Positions 50,253 through 61,668 of a stretch of 64,000 nucleotides of DNA are shown piece after piece. The DNA lies in NCBI GenBank assembly GCA_021773015.1, contig JAJFKW010000001.1, forward strand, positions 1,283,305 to 1,347,304, in the 5' to 3' direction. Made by a program: the position numbers and the translations under genes. Under the pieces are notes generated by a model. The model saw only the letters and a program-made list of their open reading frames with translations. It was not told where the DNA came from and made no database searches. Source of the DNA: Woeseia sp. (GTDB lineage Bacteria > Pseudomonadota > Gammaproteobacteria > Steroidobacterales > Woeseiaceae). Numbering within the stretch: the stretch's first letter is position 1; each line of letters starts with the position of its first letter.

Positions 50253-50307
50253 TTTGCATTGCCTTCCGGTTTACCGGCGTGATGAAGCTGCTCGGCGTGA
50301 GCTGAAA

Positions 50308-50649
50308 TCAAGATTCGCTCTTTGTCGACGCTTTGGCGCCAGTCGATTTGCTTTCTTTCGCCTTGCTATCAGCTTTCGGTTTGCTGTCCGATGATTTTTC
50401 AGCGCTTTTGTCCTTTTTTGCACTCGGCGCAGAATCCGCCTCGCCTGTTGACAAGTTGCGTTGATTATCTTTCTTAAAGTCTGTCTCGTACCAGCCTTGT
50501 CCCTTTAAACGGAATCTCGGTGCTGATATTAGTCTCTTTAGCTGCTGCTCACCGCACTCAGGGCACTCGAGCAGCGGGTCATCGCTCATTTTCTGCAACG
50601 CATCCAATGTGTGCTCACAATTCTTACAGGCATACTCGTATATCGGCAT
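50308..50649 (-). CDS. FmdB-family zinc-ribbon regulatory protein with K/S-rich tail
   Basis: MPIYEYACKNCEH...ECPECG has the CxxC...CxxC arrangement. Start at ATG 50649. Confidence 0.7.
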   Translation of the reverse strand: MPIYEYACKNCEHTLDALQKMSDDPLLECPECGEQQLKRLISAPRFRLKGQGWYETDFKKDNQRNLSTGEADSAPSAKKDKSAEKSSDSKPKADSKAKESKSTGAKASTKSES

Positions 50650-50712
50650 GCGTACTCTCCATATCGAACAGATATCGCGCAGGGACCCACGCAAGCTAGG
50701 ATTATATAGGAC

Positions 50713-53292
50713 TTAGGCCGCGCTCTGGAACTCTAATTGGTCATCCGAGACGCTAATTTCTATTACGTCACCGGGCTTAAACTTACCCTGCAATATTTCC
50801 TGAGCCAGCGGGTTCTCAACCTGCTGCTGAATTGCCCGTTTCAGCGGACGCGCGCCGTAAACCGGATCGAACCCCGCTTCAGCCAACCTGTCCCGCGCAG
50901 CATCCGAGAGATGAACCGTCATCTCGCGCTCAGCCAACCGCTGGTAGAGATAGTCCAGCTGAATGTCGACAATTCTTCGTATGTGATCGCGCCCCAGAGG
51001 ATGAAATACCACAACATCGTCGACCCGGTTGATGAATTCCGGTCGGAAGTGCTGTGACACGACTTCCATCACTGAGGATTTCATTTCCTCGTACTTGTCC
51101 TCGCCCGCTAATTCTTGAATCCGCTGTGATCCCAGATTTGACGTCATCACAATGACGCAATTGCGGAAGTCGACAGTTCTGCCTTGGCCATCGGTCAGCC
51201 GACCATCGTCCAGCACCTGTAGCAGCACATTGAACACATCCGGGTGCGCTTTTTCGACCTCATCCAGGAGAATTACGGAATAGGGTCGGCGCCGTACGGC
51301 TTCGGTCAGATAGCCACCTTGATCGTAACCCACGTAACCTGGCGGCGCACCGATTAGGCGGGCAACTGAATGCTTTTCCATAAATTCCGACATGTCTAGC
51401 CTGACCATTGCTTCATCGGTATCAAATAGAAACCCAGCAAGCGCCTTGGTCAATTCCGTCTTACCGACGCCCGTCGGTCCAAGAAACAAGAAAGATCCGA
51501 TGGGACGTTTCGGGTCCGACAAGCCTGCGCGAGCTCGGCGTACCGCATCGGCGACTACCGTAAGTGCCTCATCTTGGCCGACAACGCGTTGCCGAATAAT
51601 CGCCTCCATCTGCAACAGCTTGTCCTTCTCACCTTCCAACATTTTGGCTACCGGAATCCCGGTCCATTTGGAGACTACTTCGGCGACTTCTTCCTCTGTC
51701 ACATTGTTACGCAACAGCGTTGTTTCGGTCTGTTCTTCCTGCAACGCGCCTTCGAGCTGTTTTTCAAGCTCAGGAATCTTCCCGTATTGTAGTTCCGACA
51801 TCCGAGTCAGGTCGTTAGCGCGCCGTGCAGTTTCCAGTTCGAGGCGTGTCCGTTCCAATTCCTCTTTGATGTGTGCGGCACCTTGGACGGAGGCTTTCTC
51901 TGCCTTCCAGACTTCCTCCAGATCAGCGTATTCTCTTTCCAGATCCTGCAATTGTTCCTGCAGATCGCCAAGCCGTTTAATAGACGCATCGTCCGATTCT
52001 TTTTTTAGTGCCTCGCGTTCGATTTTCAGCTGAATAACCCGCCGCTCCAAGCGGTCCAGCTCTTCTGGCTTGGAATCAATTTCTATACGAATTTTCGATG
52101 CTGCTTCATCTACCAAATCGATAGCTTTATCTGGCAATTGACGGTCACTGATATAACGGTGCGATAGCGTCACGGCGGCAACAATCGCTGGATCGGTGAT
52201 CTCGACACCATGATGCACTTCGTAGCGTTCTTTCAAGCCGCGCAATATTGCGATTGAGTCTTCCACGGTGGGCTCTTCAACCAGAATTTTTTGAAAGCGG
52301 CGCTCTAGTGCCGCGTCCTTCTCAAGATGCTGCCGATATTCGTCGAGTGTCGTCGCACCGACGCAATGAAGCTCGCCTCTGGCCAGGGCCGGCTTCAGCA
52401 TATTGCCAGCGTCCATAGATCCTTCTGCTTTGCCAGCTCCTACCATGGTATGCAATTCGTCTATAAACAGAATGACTTGACCTTCTTGTTTTGCAAGATC
52501 ATTCAGTACTGCTTTGAGGCGCTCTTCGAATTCACCGCGAAATTTTGCGCCTGCGATTAGCGCGCCAAGATCTAACGACAAGATACGCTTATTTCGCAAT
52601 CCTTCAGGAATCTCATTGTTAACTATGCGCTGAGCGAGACCCTCAATGATGGCCGTCTTACCAACGCCCGGCTCACCGATGAGGACTGGGTTGTTTTTAG
52701 TTCGACGCTGCAATATCTGGATGGTTCGGCGAATCTCGTCGTCGCGGCCAATGATGGGATCGAGCTTGCCTTGCTCCGCGCGCTCAGTGAGATCTATCGT
52801 GTATTTGTCCAGCGCCTGCCGCGTGTCTTCGGCATTGGGATCGTTTACCGGTTGCCCACCGCGTAGCTCCTCAATTGAATTCTCGATCGCGCCGCGCACT
52901 GCGCCAGCTTGCTCCAGCACACTGCGTATCGGCGAACTGTTGTCCAGCGCAGCAACCAAGAATAGCTCGCTAGAAATGTACTGATCATCTCGATCCTGCG
53001 CCAACTTATCGGTTAAATTCAGCAGCCTTGCCAAATCATTACCCATGTGAACGTCGCCAGCAGTTCCCTCAACTCGCGGCAAACGATCTAGAGTTTCGCC
53101 CAAATGGGAGCGCAGCAAATTCGCGTTCGCGCCAGATTTGGTTAGTAGCCCTCTGATCGTGCCACCTTGTTGATCCAATAACGCGACCAGCAAATGTGCC
53201 GGCTCGATAAATTGGTGTTCCTGACCGATCGCGATGGATTGCGCATCTGCCAGCGCCATTTGAAACTTACTTGTGAGTTTGTCCATTCGCAT
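50713..53292 (-). CDS. clpB: chaperone ClpB (Hsp100)
   Basis: 859 aa with two AAA+ modules ([16 protein letters not shown]); N-terminus matches E. coli ClpB. Confidence 0.95.
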   Translation of the reverse strand: MRMDKLTSKFQMALADAQSIAIGQEHQFIEPAHLLVALLDQQGGTIRGLLTKSGANANLLRSHLGETLDRLPRVEGTAGDVHMGNDLARLLNLTDKLAQDRDDQYISSELFLVAALDNSSPIRSVLEQAGAVRGAIENSIEELRGGQPVNDPNAEDTRQALDKYTIDLTERAEQGKLDPIIGRDDEIRRTIQILQRRTKNNPVLIGEPGVGKTAIIEGLAQRIVNNEIPEGLRNKRILSLDLGALIAGAKFRGEFEERLKAVLNDLAKQEGQVILFIDELHTMVGAGKAEGSMDAGNMLKPALARGELHCVGATTLDEYRQHLEKDAALERRFQKILVEEPTVEDSIAILRGLKERYEVHHGVEITDPAIVAAVTLSHRYISDRQLPDKAIDLVDEAASKIRIEIDSKPEELDRLERRVIQLKIEREALKKESDDASIKRLGDLQEQLQDLEREYADLEEVWKAEKASVQGAAHIKEELERTRLELETARRANDLTRMSELQYGKIPELEKQLEGALQEEQTETTLLRNNVTEEEVAEVVSKWTGIPVAKMLEGEKDKLLQMEAIIRQRVVGQDEALTVVADAVRRARAGLSDPKRPIGSFLFLGPTGVGKTELTKALAGFLFDTDEAMVRLDMSEFMEKHSVARLIGAPPGYVGYDQGGYLTEAVRRRPYSVILLDEVEKAHPDVFNVLLQVLDDGRLTDGQGRTVDFRNCVIVMTSNLGSQRIQELAGEDKYEEMKSSVMEVVSQHFRPEFINRVDDVVVFHPLGRDHIRRIVDIQLDYLYQRLAEREMTVHLSDAARDRLAEAGFDPVYGARPLKRAIQQQVENPLAQEILQGKFKPGDVIEISVSDDQLEFQSAA

Positions 53293-53397
53293 GGGCGTCG
53301 CCTGCTGCTCGTTTAATTAACTTCGCCATAAATTGCGTCGAATCCGCGCATTTCAAGCGCTACATCAATGCGCCAGACGCTGAAAATCAGTCATTTA

Positions 53398-54126
53398 CTA
53401 GCGGATGTAAGCGTAAGTCGCCATGCGCCCGCATTGTCCGTCCCGCCGATACGAGAAGAACCGTGCCTTGTCGGCATACGTACACAGATCGCCACCATAG
53501 ACATTCCGCACGCCTGCAGATACCAATATTTGCCGTGCGAGGCCATAAAGATCCGCTTGATATCGACCGCGCTCATTGCGAAGGAAGTGCTGCTGCAGCT
53601 CAGCCGAACGACTAACGAAGGCCTCCCGAACTTCCGCTCCAACCTCAAATGCTGGCTGTGAAATCGCGGGTCCCAACCATACCGAGATATCCTCGTTCGA
53701 TGTCTGCATGCGCTCTAATGTTTGCTGCAGAATGCCGCCACTCAACCCCTTCCATCCCGCATGCGCGACGGCGATTTCTGTTGCGTCAGATGCCGCGAAA
53801 ACTGCCGGCAGGCAATCGGCTGTTAGGACCACGCAAACCTTACCCTGGACACGAGTAATTAGCCCGTCAGCGGCATCTGGTAGCGCCGACTGTTCGATGG
53901 CGACCCTCACGCTGTGCGTCTGACGCAGCCATATCGGTGACGATGGCAAGCAACGGTCACGCTCAAATATTCGCCTATTCTTCGCCACCGCCGCGGTGTC
54001 GTCAAGCACATGATCGGCCAGGTTCATCGACTCGTACGCTTTTTTGCTGCAGCCACCTTCGCGCGTCGTTGTTGCAGCGCAGATCAGCGAATCTAGTGGC
54101 CAGGCAGCTTCCGTTACCTGGGTCAT
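53398..54126 (-). CDS. pgeF: YfiH/PgeF-family protein (purine nucleoside phosphorylase / laccase-domain protein)
   Basis: 242 aa. Sits between rluD and clpB as in E. coli. Confidence 0.8.
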   Translation of the reverse strand: MTQVTEAAWPLDSLICAATTTREGGCSKKAYESMNLADHVLDDTAAVAKNRRIFERDRCLPSSPIWLRQTHSVRVAIEQSALPDAADGLITRVQGKVCVVLTADCLPAVFAASDATEIAVAHAGWKGLSGGILQQTLERMQTSNEDISVWLGPAISQPAFEVGAEVREAFVSRSAELQQHFLRNERGRYQADLYGLARQILVSAGVRNVYGGDLCTYADKARFFSYRRDGQCGRMATYAYIR

Positions 54127-55082
54127 ACTGGCTGACCGCTCAGTGCTGATACAAGCTCTTTGAAGTCGCTCGGTGGTTCCGCCACCAATTCCAGTGTTGT
54201 TTGACTGACCGGATGCGTAAATGACAAGCGCGTTGCATGCAATGCCTGGCGCCGAAAACGGCGCAGAATTTGCTGCAGCCCTGGCGTTGCACCGGCGGGC
54301 AGCGCAAGACGACCGCCATACGTCTGGTCACCGACCAGTGGGTGACGTCTGTGCGCAAAATGCACGCGAATTTGATGCGTCCGACCAGTCTCGAGTTTCA
54401 CCCGCGCCAAGGTGTGCGCGGCAAATCGCTGCTCTATACGATAATGCGTTATCGCATCCTTGCCGCCGGCGACAACGTGCATCCTTAGTCGGTCAACTGG
54501 ATGGCGGCCGATCGGTTCTCGAATGGTGCCGCCACCCGTAAGAGCACCGACACAGACAGCCAGATACTCTCGCGAGATTTGCCGTTCTGCCATTTGCCGC
54601 ACCAGCGCGGTATGGGCGGCTAGGGTTTTACTGACCAGCAGCAAACCACTGGTGTCTTTGTCCAGTCTGTGGACAATGCCGGCTCTTGGAAGATTGGCCA
54701 GGCTCGGCGCGTGGTACAAGAGCCCATTCATCAATGTACCGCGATGATTGCCCGCACCAGGGTGCACGACAAGGCCCGCAGGCTTGACAATGACCAACAT
54801 ATCATCGTCCTCGTGCGCAATTTCCAGCGCTATGGGCTCGGGCTCGCTTAAAACCGCAATTTCAGCCTGTGGCCGCAGGACAACCGTCGCGCCCGCATGA
54901 ACCGGGTCTCGGGGACGCAAAATAGCGTCATCCAGGGTTACGCAGCCCTTTAAAATCCAGCTTTTTATCTTGCTGCGGGAATAATCGGGAAACAACACGG
55001 CCAATGCCTGGTCCAAACGCCTGCCGGCCAACTCCGTTGGAATTATTTGCCGCAGAGGTTCAATTTCGGGCTGATCGTTCAC
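54123..55082 (-). CDS. rluD: 23S rRNA pseudouridine synthase RluD
   Basis: S4 domain followed by the RluA-family catalytic motif HRLDKDTSGLLLV. Stop overlaps the pgeF start as ATGA. Confidence 0.9.
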   Translation of the reverse strand: MNDQPEIEPLRQIIPTELAGRRLDQALAVLFPDYSRSKIKSWILKGCVTLDDAILRPRDPVHAGATVVLRPQAEIAVLSEPEPIALEIAHEDDDMLVIVKPAGLVVHPGAGNHRGTLMNGLLYHAPSLANLPRAGIVHRLDKDTSGLLLVSKTLAAHTALVRQMAERQISREYLAVCVGALTGGGTIREPIGRHPVDRLRMHVVAGGKDAITHYRIEQRFAAHTLARVKLETGRTHQIRVHFAHRRHPLVGDQTYGGRLALPAGATPGLQQILRRFRRQALHATRLSFTHPVSQTTLELVAEPPSDFKELVSALSGQPV

Positions 55083-55307
55083 TACTTCAGTGTGGGTGCT
55101 GTCAATGGTTAGCGTGACCTTAGTTTACGGTATACTCGCTGGCCGATTTTAGTAGTTTTAGGCGCACGGAGGGGGCGGCGGCAATTTCCAGCGTTTAAGC
55201 CCAGATTAAAGTGCGCCAGATTCACACAGATGATTAAAATAGCCAAAACTCACAACCGTCAAATCGAGCTTCGAAGCTTCGGCTTTTCGCTACGCCGCTG
55301 TTTTGCG

Positions 55308-56024
55308 ATGCTCGCAGCGATGCTGCTGCTGTCCGCGTGCGCGAACCAGGAAGAAGAAGATACCCTGGTTAAGAATATTACCGACGCATACGAGAAAGCC
55401 CAAACCTCCATGGAAAATGGCAACTACCGTCGCGCTATTCAAATTTTTGAGGCGTTACAAGGCAGATTTCCATTTAGCGATCTCAGCAAGCAGATTCATC
55501 TGCAGTTGATGTATGCATACCACAAAAGCGGGCAGCAAGAACGCGCGATCGATGCTGCAGACACTTTCATGCGGGAAAATCCGACGCATACTAGAATTGA
55601 TTATGCCCTCTACATAAAGGCGCTCGCTAACTTCGAAAGTGACCGTACTTTTTTGGAAAGATGGTTTCGCAGGAATGTAAGGGGACGCCCACCGCGAGGT
55701 GCCGAAACAGCTTTCTCATTATTTCGTCGCCTGATCGAACGCTACCCGGCAAGTAGCTATGCCGATGACGCCAAGCAACGCATGATTTACTTAAAAAATC
55801 GCCTGGCTGCCTACGAAAATTCTGTCGCAAGCTACTATATAAGATCCGGCGCTTATGTTGCGGCGGTGAATCGTGCAAAAACCGCGCTTGAGCTATACAA
55901 CGGTGCGGACAGTAATATCGAATCACTGAAGCTATTGTTGAAAGCCTACGAGGGGCTTGGCATGAATGACCTCGCTGATGACACGCGCAGGGTCATTGAA
56001 GAAAACTCATCAACCGACGGCTAG
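55308..56024 (+). CDS. bamD: outer membrane protein assembly factor BamD (TPR lipoprotein)
   Basis: Lipobox LLLSAC, TPR repeats, divergent from rluD as in E. coli. The listed ORF extends to 55230. Confidence 0.8.
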   Translation: MLAAMLLLSACANQEEEDTLVKNITDAYEKAQTSMENGNYRRAIQIFEALQGRFPFSDLSKQIHLQLMYAYHKSGQQERAIDAADTFMRENPTHTRIDYALYIKALANFESDRTFLERWFRRNVRGRPPRGAETAFSLFRRLIERYPASSYADDAKQRMIYLKNRLAAYENSVASYYIRSGAYVAAVNRAKTALELYNGADSNIESLKLLLKAYEGLGMNDLADDTRRVIEENSSTDG

Positions 56025-56040
56025 CAACCGCCAACAGATT

Positions 56041-57672
56041 CTACTCCGGAAATGTATAGCCTGAGGTGATTGGGTAGCGCCAATCTCGGCCGAATGCCCT
56101 AGTGCTAATGCGAATTCCGGGAGGCGACTGGCGGCGCTTGTATTCGTTGCTCTTGACCATTTCCAAAATGCGCGTCACCGTTACGCGATCAAATCCGCGT
56201 CGTGTGATCTCGTCAACGGAAAGGTCGTCTTCGATGAATGCTTCGAGAATCGGATCCAGAACGTCATATGCCGGTAGCGAGTCGCTGTCCTTTTGATCCG
56301 GCCGCAATTCAGCAGACGGCGGCCTGGCAATCACTCGTTTTGGAATCGCAGGGCTAAGACTGTTGCGATACTTTGCAAGGCGGTACACCATGGTCTTGCT
56401 GCAGTCCTTTATCGGCGCGAATCCGCCCGCCATATCACCGTAGAGAGTTGCATATCCGACCGCCATCTCACTCTTATTGCCGGTTGTCAATAACATACAA
56501 CCGGTCTTGTTCGATACGGCCATCAACAAAAGTCCGCGGCAGCGCGCTTGAATATTTTCCTCGGTCACGTCATTAGGCATGTTGCCAAAAATCGGTTTGA
56601 GTGACGCCGTTGTAGCTTCGTACATAGGCGAAATGGGTACCACGTCGTACTGCACACCTAGCGTTGCGACTTGTTTCGCCGCGTCTTCTTGACTCATGTT
56701 GCTGGTGTAGCGAAATGGCATCATCAGTGCCCGAACCCTTTCAGCGCCTAGCGCGTCGCAAGCGATTGCCACTATAAGTGCGGAGTCGATGCCGCCCGAC
56801 AAGCCAAGTACAACGCCCTTGAAACCATGCTTGTTCACGTAATCTCGGGTTCCCCGAACCAACGCACCGTAAACGCTCTCCTCGGTGGACTGCATGGCTA
56901 CCACTTCCGCCTTCGCTGGTTCGACGCCAGTAGCACTCCCTTTCAACTCGACAACATGTAAACCCTCGTCGAACGCAGACGCCCGAAAGGACACCTCACC
57001 TGCGGCGTCCATCGCAAAAGATCCGCCGTCGAATACCAATTCGTCCTGACCGCCGACCATGTTTAGATACAATGCCGGGATGCCAGTCTCTTCTATCCGC
57101 TGGCGAACGACGGTTTCGCGTTTTTGTTGGCTATCCAGTTCGTAGGGCGAGCCATTGATCACCAATATGAACTCAGCTCCTGCTGCACGCGCAGCGCTTG
57201 CCGGCCCTGATTGCCAAACGTCCTCGCAAATATTTATGCCTATGCGAATGCCCTTGACCGAAAAAACAGCGGCAGTTTTTCCTGGCGTAAAATAGCGAAC
57301 CTCATCAAATACTCGGTAATTCGGCAAAATACACTTGCGATAATTCGCCAATGTTTCGCCATCTTTTAGGACGATACAGCTATTGAATATGTTTTCGTCT
57401 ACGTATTCCGGATAGCCGACTACCACAACGATGTCGCGTACGCCTGTACGAATTCGATCAAGCGCCGCCGTTATTCGCCAACGTAGACCACCATGAAAGA
57501 GCAAATCTTCCGGTGGATAGCCACTAATGCTGAGTTCCGGGAATACGACGACGTCGGCCCGCAAGTCATCTCGCGCTCGTGCGCTGTATTGCAAAATCTT
57601 CGCGGCGTTGCCCGCGACATCGCCGACGATAAAATCGAGCTGGGCTAGTGCAACCGAAATCTTATCGGTCAT
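56041..57672 (-). CDS. nadE: glutamine-dependent NAD+ synthetase
   Basis: 543 aa. N-terminal CN-hydrolase (nitrilase) domain plus C-terminal NAD synthetase domain with the SGGIDS P-loop. Confidence 0.9.
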   Translation of the reverse strand: MTDKISVALAQLDFIVGDVAGNAAKILQYSARARDDLRADVVVFPELSISGYPPEDLLFHGGLRWRITAALDRIRTGVRDIVVVVGYPEYVDENIFNSCIVLKDGETLANYRKCILPNYRVFDEVRYFTPGKTAAVFSVKGIRIGINICEDVWQSGPASAARAAGAEFILVINGSPYELDSQQKRETVVRQRIEETGIPALYLNMVGGQDELVFDGGSFAMDAAGEVSFRASAFDEGLHVVELKGSATGVEPAKAEVVAMQSTEESVYGALVRGTRDYVNKHGFKGVVLGLSGGIDSALIVAIACDALGAERVRALMMPFRYTSNMSQEDAAKQVATLGVQYDVVPISPMYEATTASLKPIFGNMPNDVTEENIQARCRGLLLMAVSNKTGCMLLTTGNKSEMAVGYATLYGDMAGGFAPIKDCSKTMVYRLAKYRNSLSPAIPKRVIARPPSAELRPDQKDSDSLPAYDVLDPILEAFIEDDLSVDEITRRGFDRVTVTRILEMVKSNEYKRRQSPPGIRISTRAFGRDWRYPITSGYTFPE

Positions 57673-57710
57673 TTAGTCCACACGGTCGAGCTGACGCCAC
57701 TACCATTTCC

Positions 57711-58583
57711 TTAACTAGACAGCAGTTCAAACATTTTGCTACCCAATTCTGCCGGTGAGCGCACAGTTGCTGCGCCAGCTTTGTCCAAGGCACGAAATTT
57801 ATCCTCTGCAGTGCCCTTACCACCGGCAATGATGGCGCCGGCGTGTCCCATCCGCTTGCCTGGCGGCGCAGTAACGCCAGCGATATAAGCCACGACGGGT
57901 TTAGTCACCTCAGACTGCATAAATTCGGCAGCGGCTTCTTCGTCCGTACCGCCAATTTCGCCCACCATTACAATTCCATCCGTTTCCGGGTCTGCCTGAA
58001 ACAAAGCCAGACAGTCGATGAAGTTCATACCGCGAACCGGATCGCCACCAATACCAACACAGGTACTTTGTCCGAGTTCGTTTTGCGTGGTTTGATAGAC
58101 CGCCTCATACGTCAATGTACCCGATCTCGATACCACGCCAATTCGCCCTTTCCTATGAATGAAGCCAGGCATAATGCCGATTTTGCATTCGTCCGGCGTG
58201 ATAATCCCTGGGCAATTCGGGCCAATCAATCGGCAATCGCTATCAGCGATCGCCGCTTTGACACGAACCATATCAAGCACTGGAATACCCTCAGTGATGC
58301 ACACGATTAGTCCAACGCCCGAATCCGCTGCCTCGAGAATCGCGTCTGCCGCAAATGGCGCGGGCACGTAAATCATGCTGACGTCTGCGTCGGTTGCCGC
58401 GACCGCATCGCGCATCGTATTGAAAACTGGTACACCCAGATGTTCTTCGCCACCACGATTAGGCGTCACCCCAGCGACGACGTTGCTGCCGTACTCGATA
58501 CATTGTTCGGTATGAAACGAACCTTGGTTGCCGGTTATACCCTGACAAACTATCTTGCTGCTGCTGTCGACCAAAATACTCAT
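57711..58583 (-). CDS. sucD: succinyl-CoA ligase alpha subunit
   Basis: 290 aa; CoA-binding Rossmann domain and catalytic His region match SucD. Confidence 0.95.
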   Translation of the reverse strand: MSILVDSSSKIVCQGITGNQGSFHTEQCIEYGSNVVAGVTPNRGGEEHLGVPVFNTMRDAVAATDADVSMIYVPAPFAADAILEAADSGVGLIVCITEGIPVLDMVRVKAAIADSDCRLIGPNCPGIITPDECKIGIMPGFIHRKGRIGVVSRSGTLTYEAVYQTTQNELGQSTCVGIGGDPVRGMNFIDCLALFQADPETDGIVMVGEIGGTDEEAAAEFMQSEVTKPVVAYIAGVTAPPGKRMGHAGAIIAGGKGTAEDKFRALDKAGAATVRSPAELGSKMFELLSS

Positions 58584-58601
58584 ATATTCAAACCTTCCCC
58601 A

Positions 58602-59765
58602 CTAACTACCTGACGCGGCGACGGCCTTCTTAGCCGCATCAGTCAGATCTGTCGCTGAAATAATGTCCAGCCCGCTTTCTGCCAACAGCCTGCGACCCTT
58701 CTCGACATTCGTACCTTCCAATCGCGCAATGACCGGAACACTGACGCCGACCTCTTTGACTGCGTCGATAATCCCTTCGGCAATCAAATCGCAACGCACG
58801 ATGCCACCGAAAATATTGACCAAAATCGCACGAACCTTTTCGTTTGAAAGAATCAACTTGAATGCCGCCGCAACGCGTTCACTGGTCGCGCCGCCGCCGA
58901 CATCCAGAAAATTTGCAGGCTCGCCACCGTGCAGTTTGATCAGATCCATGGTCGCCATTGCCAATCCCGCGCCATTCACCATGCACGCAATATCGCCGTC
59001 GAGCGATACGTAGTTAAGGTCGTGTTCTGCAGCCTCGCGTTCCGTTGGGTCCTCTTGGCTTGTGTCGCGCAAACCAAGCAAATCCTTATGCCGAAACAAT
59101 GCGTTATCCTCAATATTGATCTTTGCGTCGAGCGCGATTACATCGCCGGCCTTCGTGACAATTAGCGGATTGACCTCGACTAGACTCGCATCCTTTTCTA
59201 TGTACAGTCGGTATAGCCGGCTGATTAGATCGGCGAATTGTCGGGCTTGGGTCTTGTCCAGCCCCAATCCAAAAGCGAGCTGCCGCGCCTGATACGATTG
59301 CAGGCCTGCTGCCGGTGAAACCGCTACACTAAATATCTGCTCAGGCGTTTCTGCAGCCACTTTCTCGATATCCATGCCACCTGCTGCAGAAGCGATAAAT
59401 GACACTTTGTTGACTTCACGGTCAACTAGCATGCTCAGATACAACTCACGATCAATATCGGAACCAGCCTCTACATATACGATGTTCACTGGCAGGCCGT
59501 CAGGCCCCGACTGATGAGTGACAAGTTGTTTACCGAGCATTTCTTCCGCAAATTGCCGTACATCGTCTGCGGATCTCGCGAGTTTGACGCCACCTGCCTT
59601 ACCGCGACCGCCAGCATGCACTTGCGCTTTGACAACCCAGAGGTCGCCGCCAAGTTTTCCGGCCGCTTGTACGGCATCGTCGGCTGATTCGGCTGGTACG
59701 CCCTGTGGCACAGGAATGCCATAGTCGGCGAACAATCGTTTTGATTGGTATTCGTGAAGATTCAT
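58602..59765 (-). CDS. sucC: succinyl-CoA ligase beta subunit
   Basis: Aligns to SucC from [18 protein letters not shown]. The listed ORF extends to 59795. Confidence 0.95.
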   Translation of the reverse strand: MNLHEYQSKRLFADYGIPVPQGVPAESADDAVQAAGKLGGDLWVVKAQVHAGGRGKAGGVKLARSADDVRQFAEEMLGKQLVTHQSGPDGLPVNIVYVEAGSDIDRELYLSMLVDREVNKVSFIASAAGGMDIEKVAAETPEQIFSVAVSPAAGLQSYQARQLAFGLGLDKTQARQFADLISRLYRLYIEKDASLVEVNPLIVTKAGDVIALDAKINIEDNALFRHKDLLGLRDTSQEDPTEREAAEHDLNYVSLDGDIACMVNGAGLAMATMDLIKLHGGEPANFLDVGGGATSERVAAAFKLILSNEKVRAILVNIFGGIVRCDLIAEGIIDAVKEVGVSVPVIARLEGTNVEKGRRLLAESGLDIISATDLTDAAKKAVAASGS

Positions 59766-60027
59766 ATTTCTTGATTCTTGATGTTGTAGGCACACCCACT
59801 ACACAGCTTGCTGCGCATCGGGCGATGAAGTTGGCGTATTTTGTAGCAATCTATTCGCCAATGCGAGCATTGGCGACCGAAAACCCCATAAGCGACGCGA
59901 TTCTCAAAACTTTTCAGCGGTTTCGACTACAATCCGTGTGCGCAAGACACTTCCTATTGGGACAAATTCGAAATATCGGTATTTGACGTTGGCATCAGTC
60001 AAGAAATCACCTGCGGCCAGGGAAACC

Positions 60028-61668
60028 ATGCCGCACATTACGGTCGACGAATCCGATTTAACCTGGCGGGTGCTCGGCACCCTTAACGTATTTCGCGCGT
60101 TGCTGGGCTTGCTGCTTTTGGGCTTATTTTTTGCCGGTGACGATCCAAAGCTTTTCGGCGATCGCTATCCAGAATTATTTTCGGCAACCGCCGCCGGCTA
60201 CCTGGTCTTCGCAGTTATCTCAGGTTTGGCGATTCGCAACCGCTGGGTATCCGCAGGCCCGCAAATTCTTACTCAGGTTACGGTCGACATCGTTGCAGTC
60301 GCGATTCTCATGCACGCGAGTGGCGGTGTAAGTAGCGGCCTTGGTGGTTTGTTGGTCATATTTGTCGGCGCTGGCAGCCTGGTATTGCCGCTACGCGTTC
60401 CGGCGTTCTTTGCAGCATTGGCGACGCTTGCCATTTTGGGCGAACAACTGATTTCTCAGCTAGGCGGCTTCAGCGCGACCGCGAATTACACGGCTGCAGG
60501 GATACTTGGCGGCATTATTTTCGCCATTGCGCTCGCCGTGCGGCCATTGGCCCGGCGGATTCAAATGAGTGAAGAACTGGCACGTCAACGCGGCGTCGAC
60601 CTAGCCAACCTTTCTGAGCTTAACGAGTACATTGTTCAACACCTGCGCGAGAGCATTGTCGTCGTCGATGGCGACAATACCATCAGGCTGATCAACGAGT
60701 CCGCGGCACAATTGCTCGGAGCGCCAGATAACTGCCATGGGATGCCCTTGGCGGAAGCGGCCGGCAACCTCGCGACCTATGTAAGAGACTGGCGTATTGA
60801 GGAATCACGGGAATCGCACACGGAATTTACGATGATTGCCGCTGACAATAGCGTACGGCTTAAGGCACATCTTGCGCCATTGGGTAAGGATGGTGTGCGC
60901 CGCGGACCTATTCTGGTTTTTTTAGAAGACTCGAGCTTGATGAATGCGAGAGTTCAACAATCGAAGCTGGCCTCTCTTGGCCGCCTCAGTGCAAGTATCG
61001 CGCACGAGATTCGAAACCCGGTCGGTGCGATGAGCCACGCCGGTCAATTGTTGGCTGAATCTAGCGCGCTAACAGACGAGGACTTGCGCCTAACTGCGAT
61101 CATTCAAAGCCACGCAGAACGAGTAAGTCATATCATCGAAAACGTGTTGCAATTGTCACGTCGGGAATCCAGCCGGCCCGAACGCCTGGACCTGCGAGCT
61201 TGGTTACTGGATTTTGCTGCCGAATTTACGCGCACCTTGGAATTGCAGGAGGGCGAAATATCGGTTACTGAGGTGGCCGGGGAAATTGAGGTGAGGATGG
61301 ACCCGAGTCATCTACGCCAGGTCCTTTGGAACTTATGCGACAACGCGGTTAAATATGCCAGTGAAACCGGTGGAATAATGGTTGAATTACGTGCGGGCAC
61401 GATGAAGCGTACGGGTCGCCCGTATTTGGAAGTTCTTGACCAAGGTCACGGCGTTGATCCAGCAACCATCGATAAAATATTCGAACCATTTTTTACAGAC
61501 CGCAGTGGCGGCACGGGCCTAGGGTTGTATATATCCAGAGAACTTTGCGAATTGAATCGGGCAACGCTTGTCTATCAACCGAGGACGCCGAGCGGCAGCA
61601 TTTTTCGAATTGTATTCGCCGACCCCAAGCGCTGGGATATTGTCGACACTCCGGAAAATAACGCATGA
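60028..61668 (+). CDS. pilS: sensor histidine kinase PilS (six TM helices, PAS, HisKA, HATPase_c)
   Basis: Hydrophobic N-terminal ~180 aa, then H-box SIAHEIRNPV and G-boxes. Lies upstream of pilR. Start at ATG 60028; the listed ORF extends to 59938. Confidence 0.85.
   Translation: MPHITVDESDLTWRVLGTLNVFRALLGLLLLGLFFAGDDPKLFGDRYPELFSATAAGYLVFAVISGLAIRNRWVSAGPQILTQVTVDIVAVAILMHASGGVSSGLGGLLVIFVGAGSLVLPLRVPAFFAALATLAILGEQLISQLGGFSATANYTAAGILGGIIFAIALAVRPLARRIQMSEELARQRGVDLANLSELNEYIVQHLRESIVVVDGDNTIRLINESAAQLLGAPDNCHGMPLAEAAGNLATYVRDWRIEESRESHTEFTMIAADNSVRLKAHLAPLGKDGVRRGPILVFLEDSSLMNARVQQSKLASLGRLSASIAHEIRNPVGAMSHAGQLLAESSALTDEDLRLTAIIQSHAERVSHIIENVLQLSRRESSRPERLDLRAWLLDFAAEFTRTLELQEGEISVTEVAGEIEVRMDPSHLRQVLWNLCDNAVKYASETGGIMVELRAGTMKRTGRPYLEVLDQGHGVDPATIDKIFEPFFTDRSGGTGLGLYISRELCELNRATLVYQPRTPSGSIFRIVFADPKRWDIVDTPENNA

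Noticed and set aside
51392-52033. 213-aa Ser-rich ORF on the plus strand
   Set aside because: It is antisense to clpB, which is unambiguous. The low-complexity content is a typical opposite-strand artefact.
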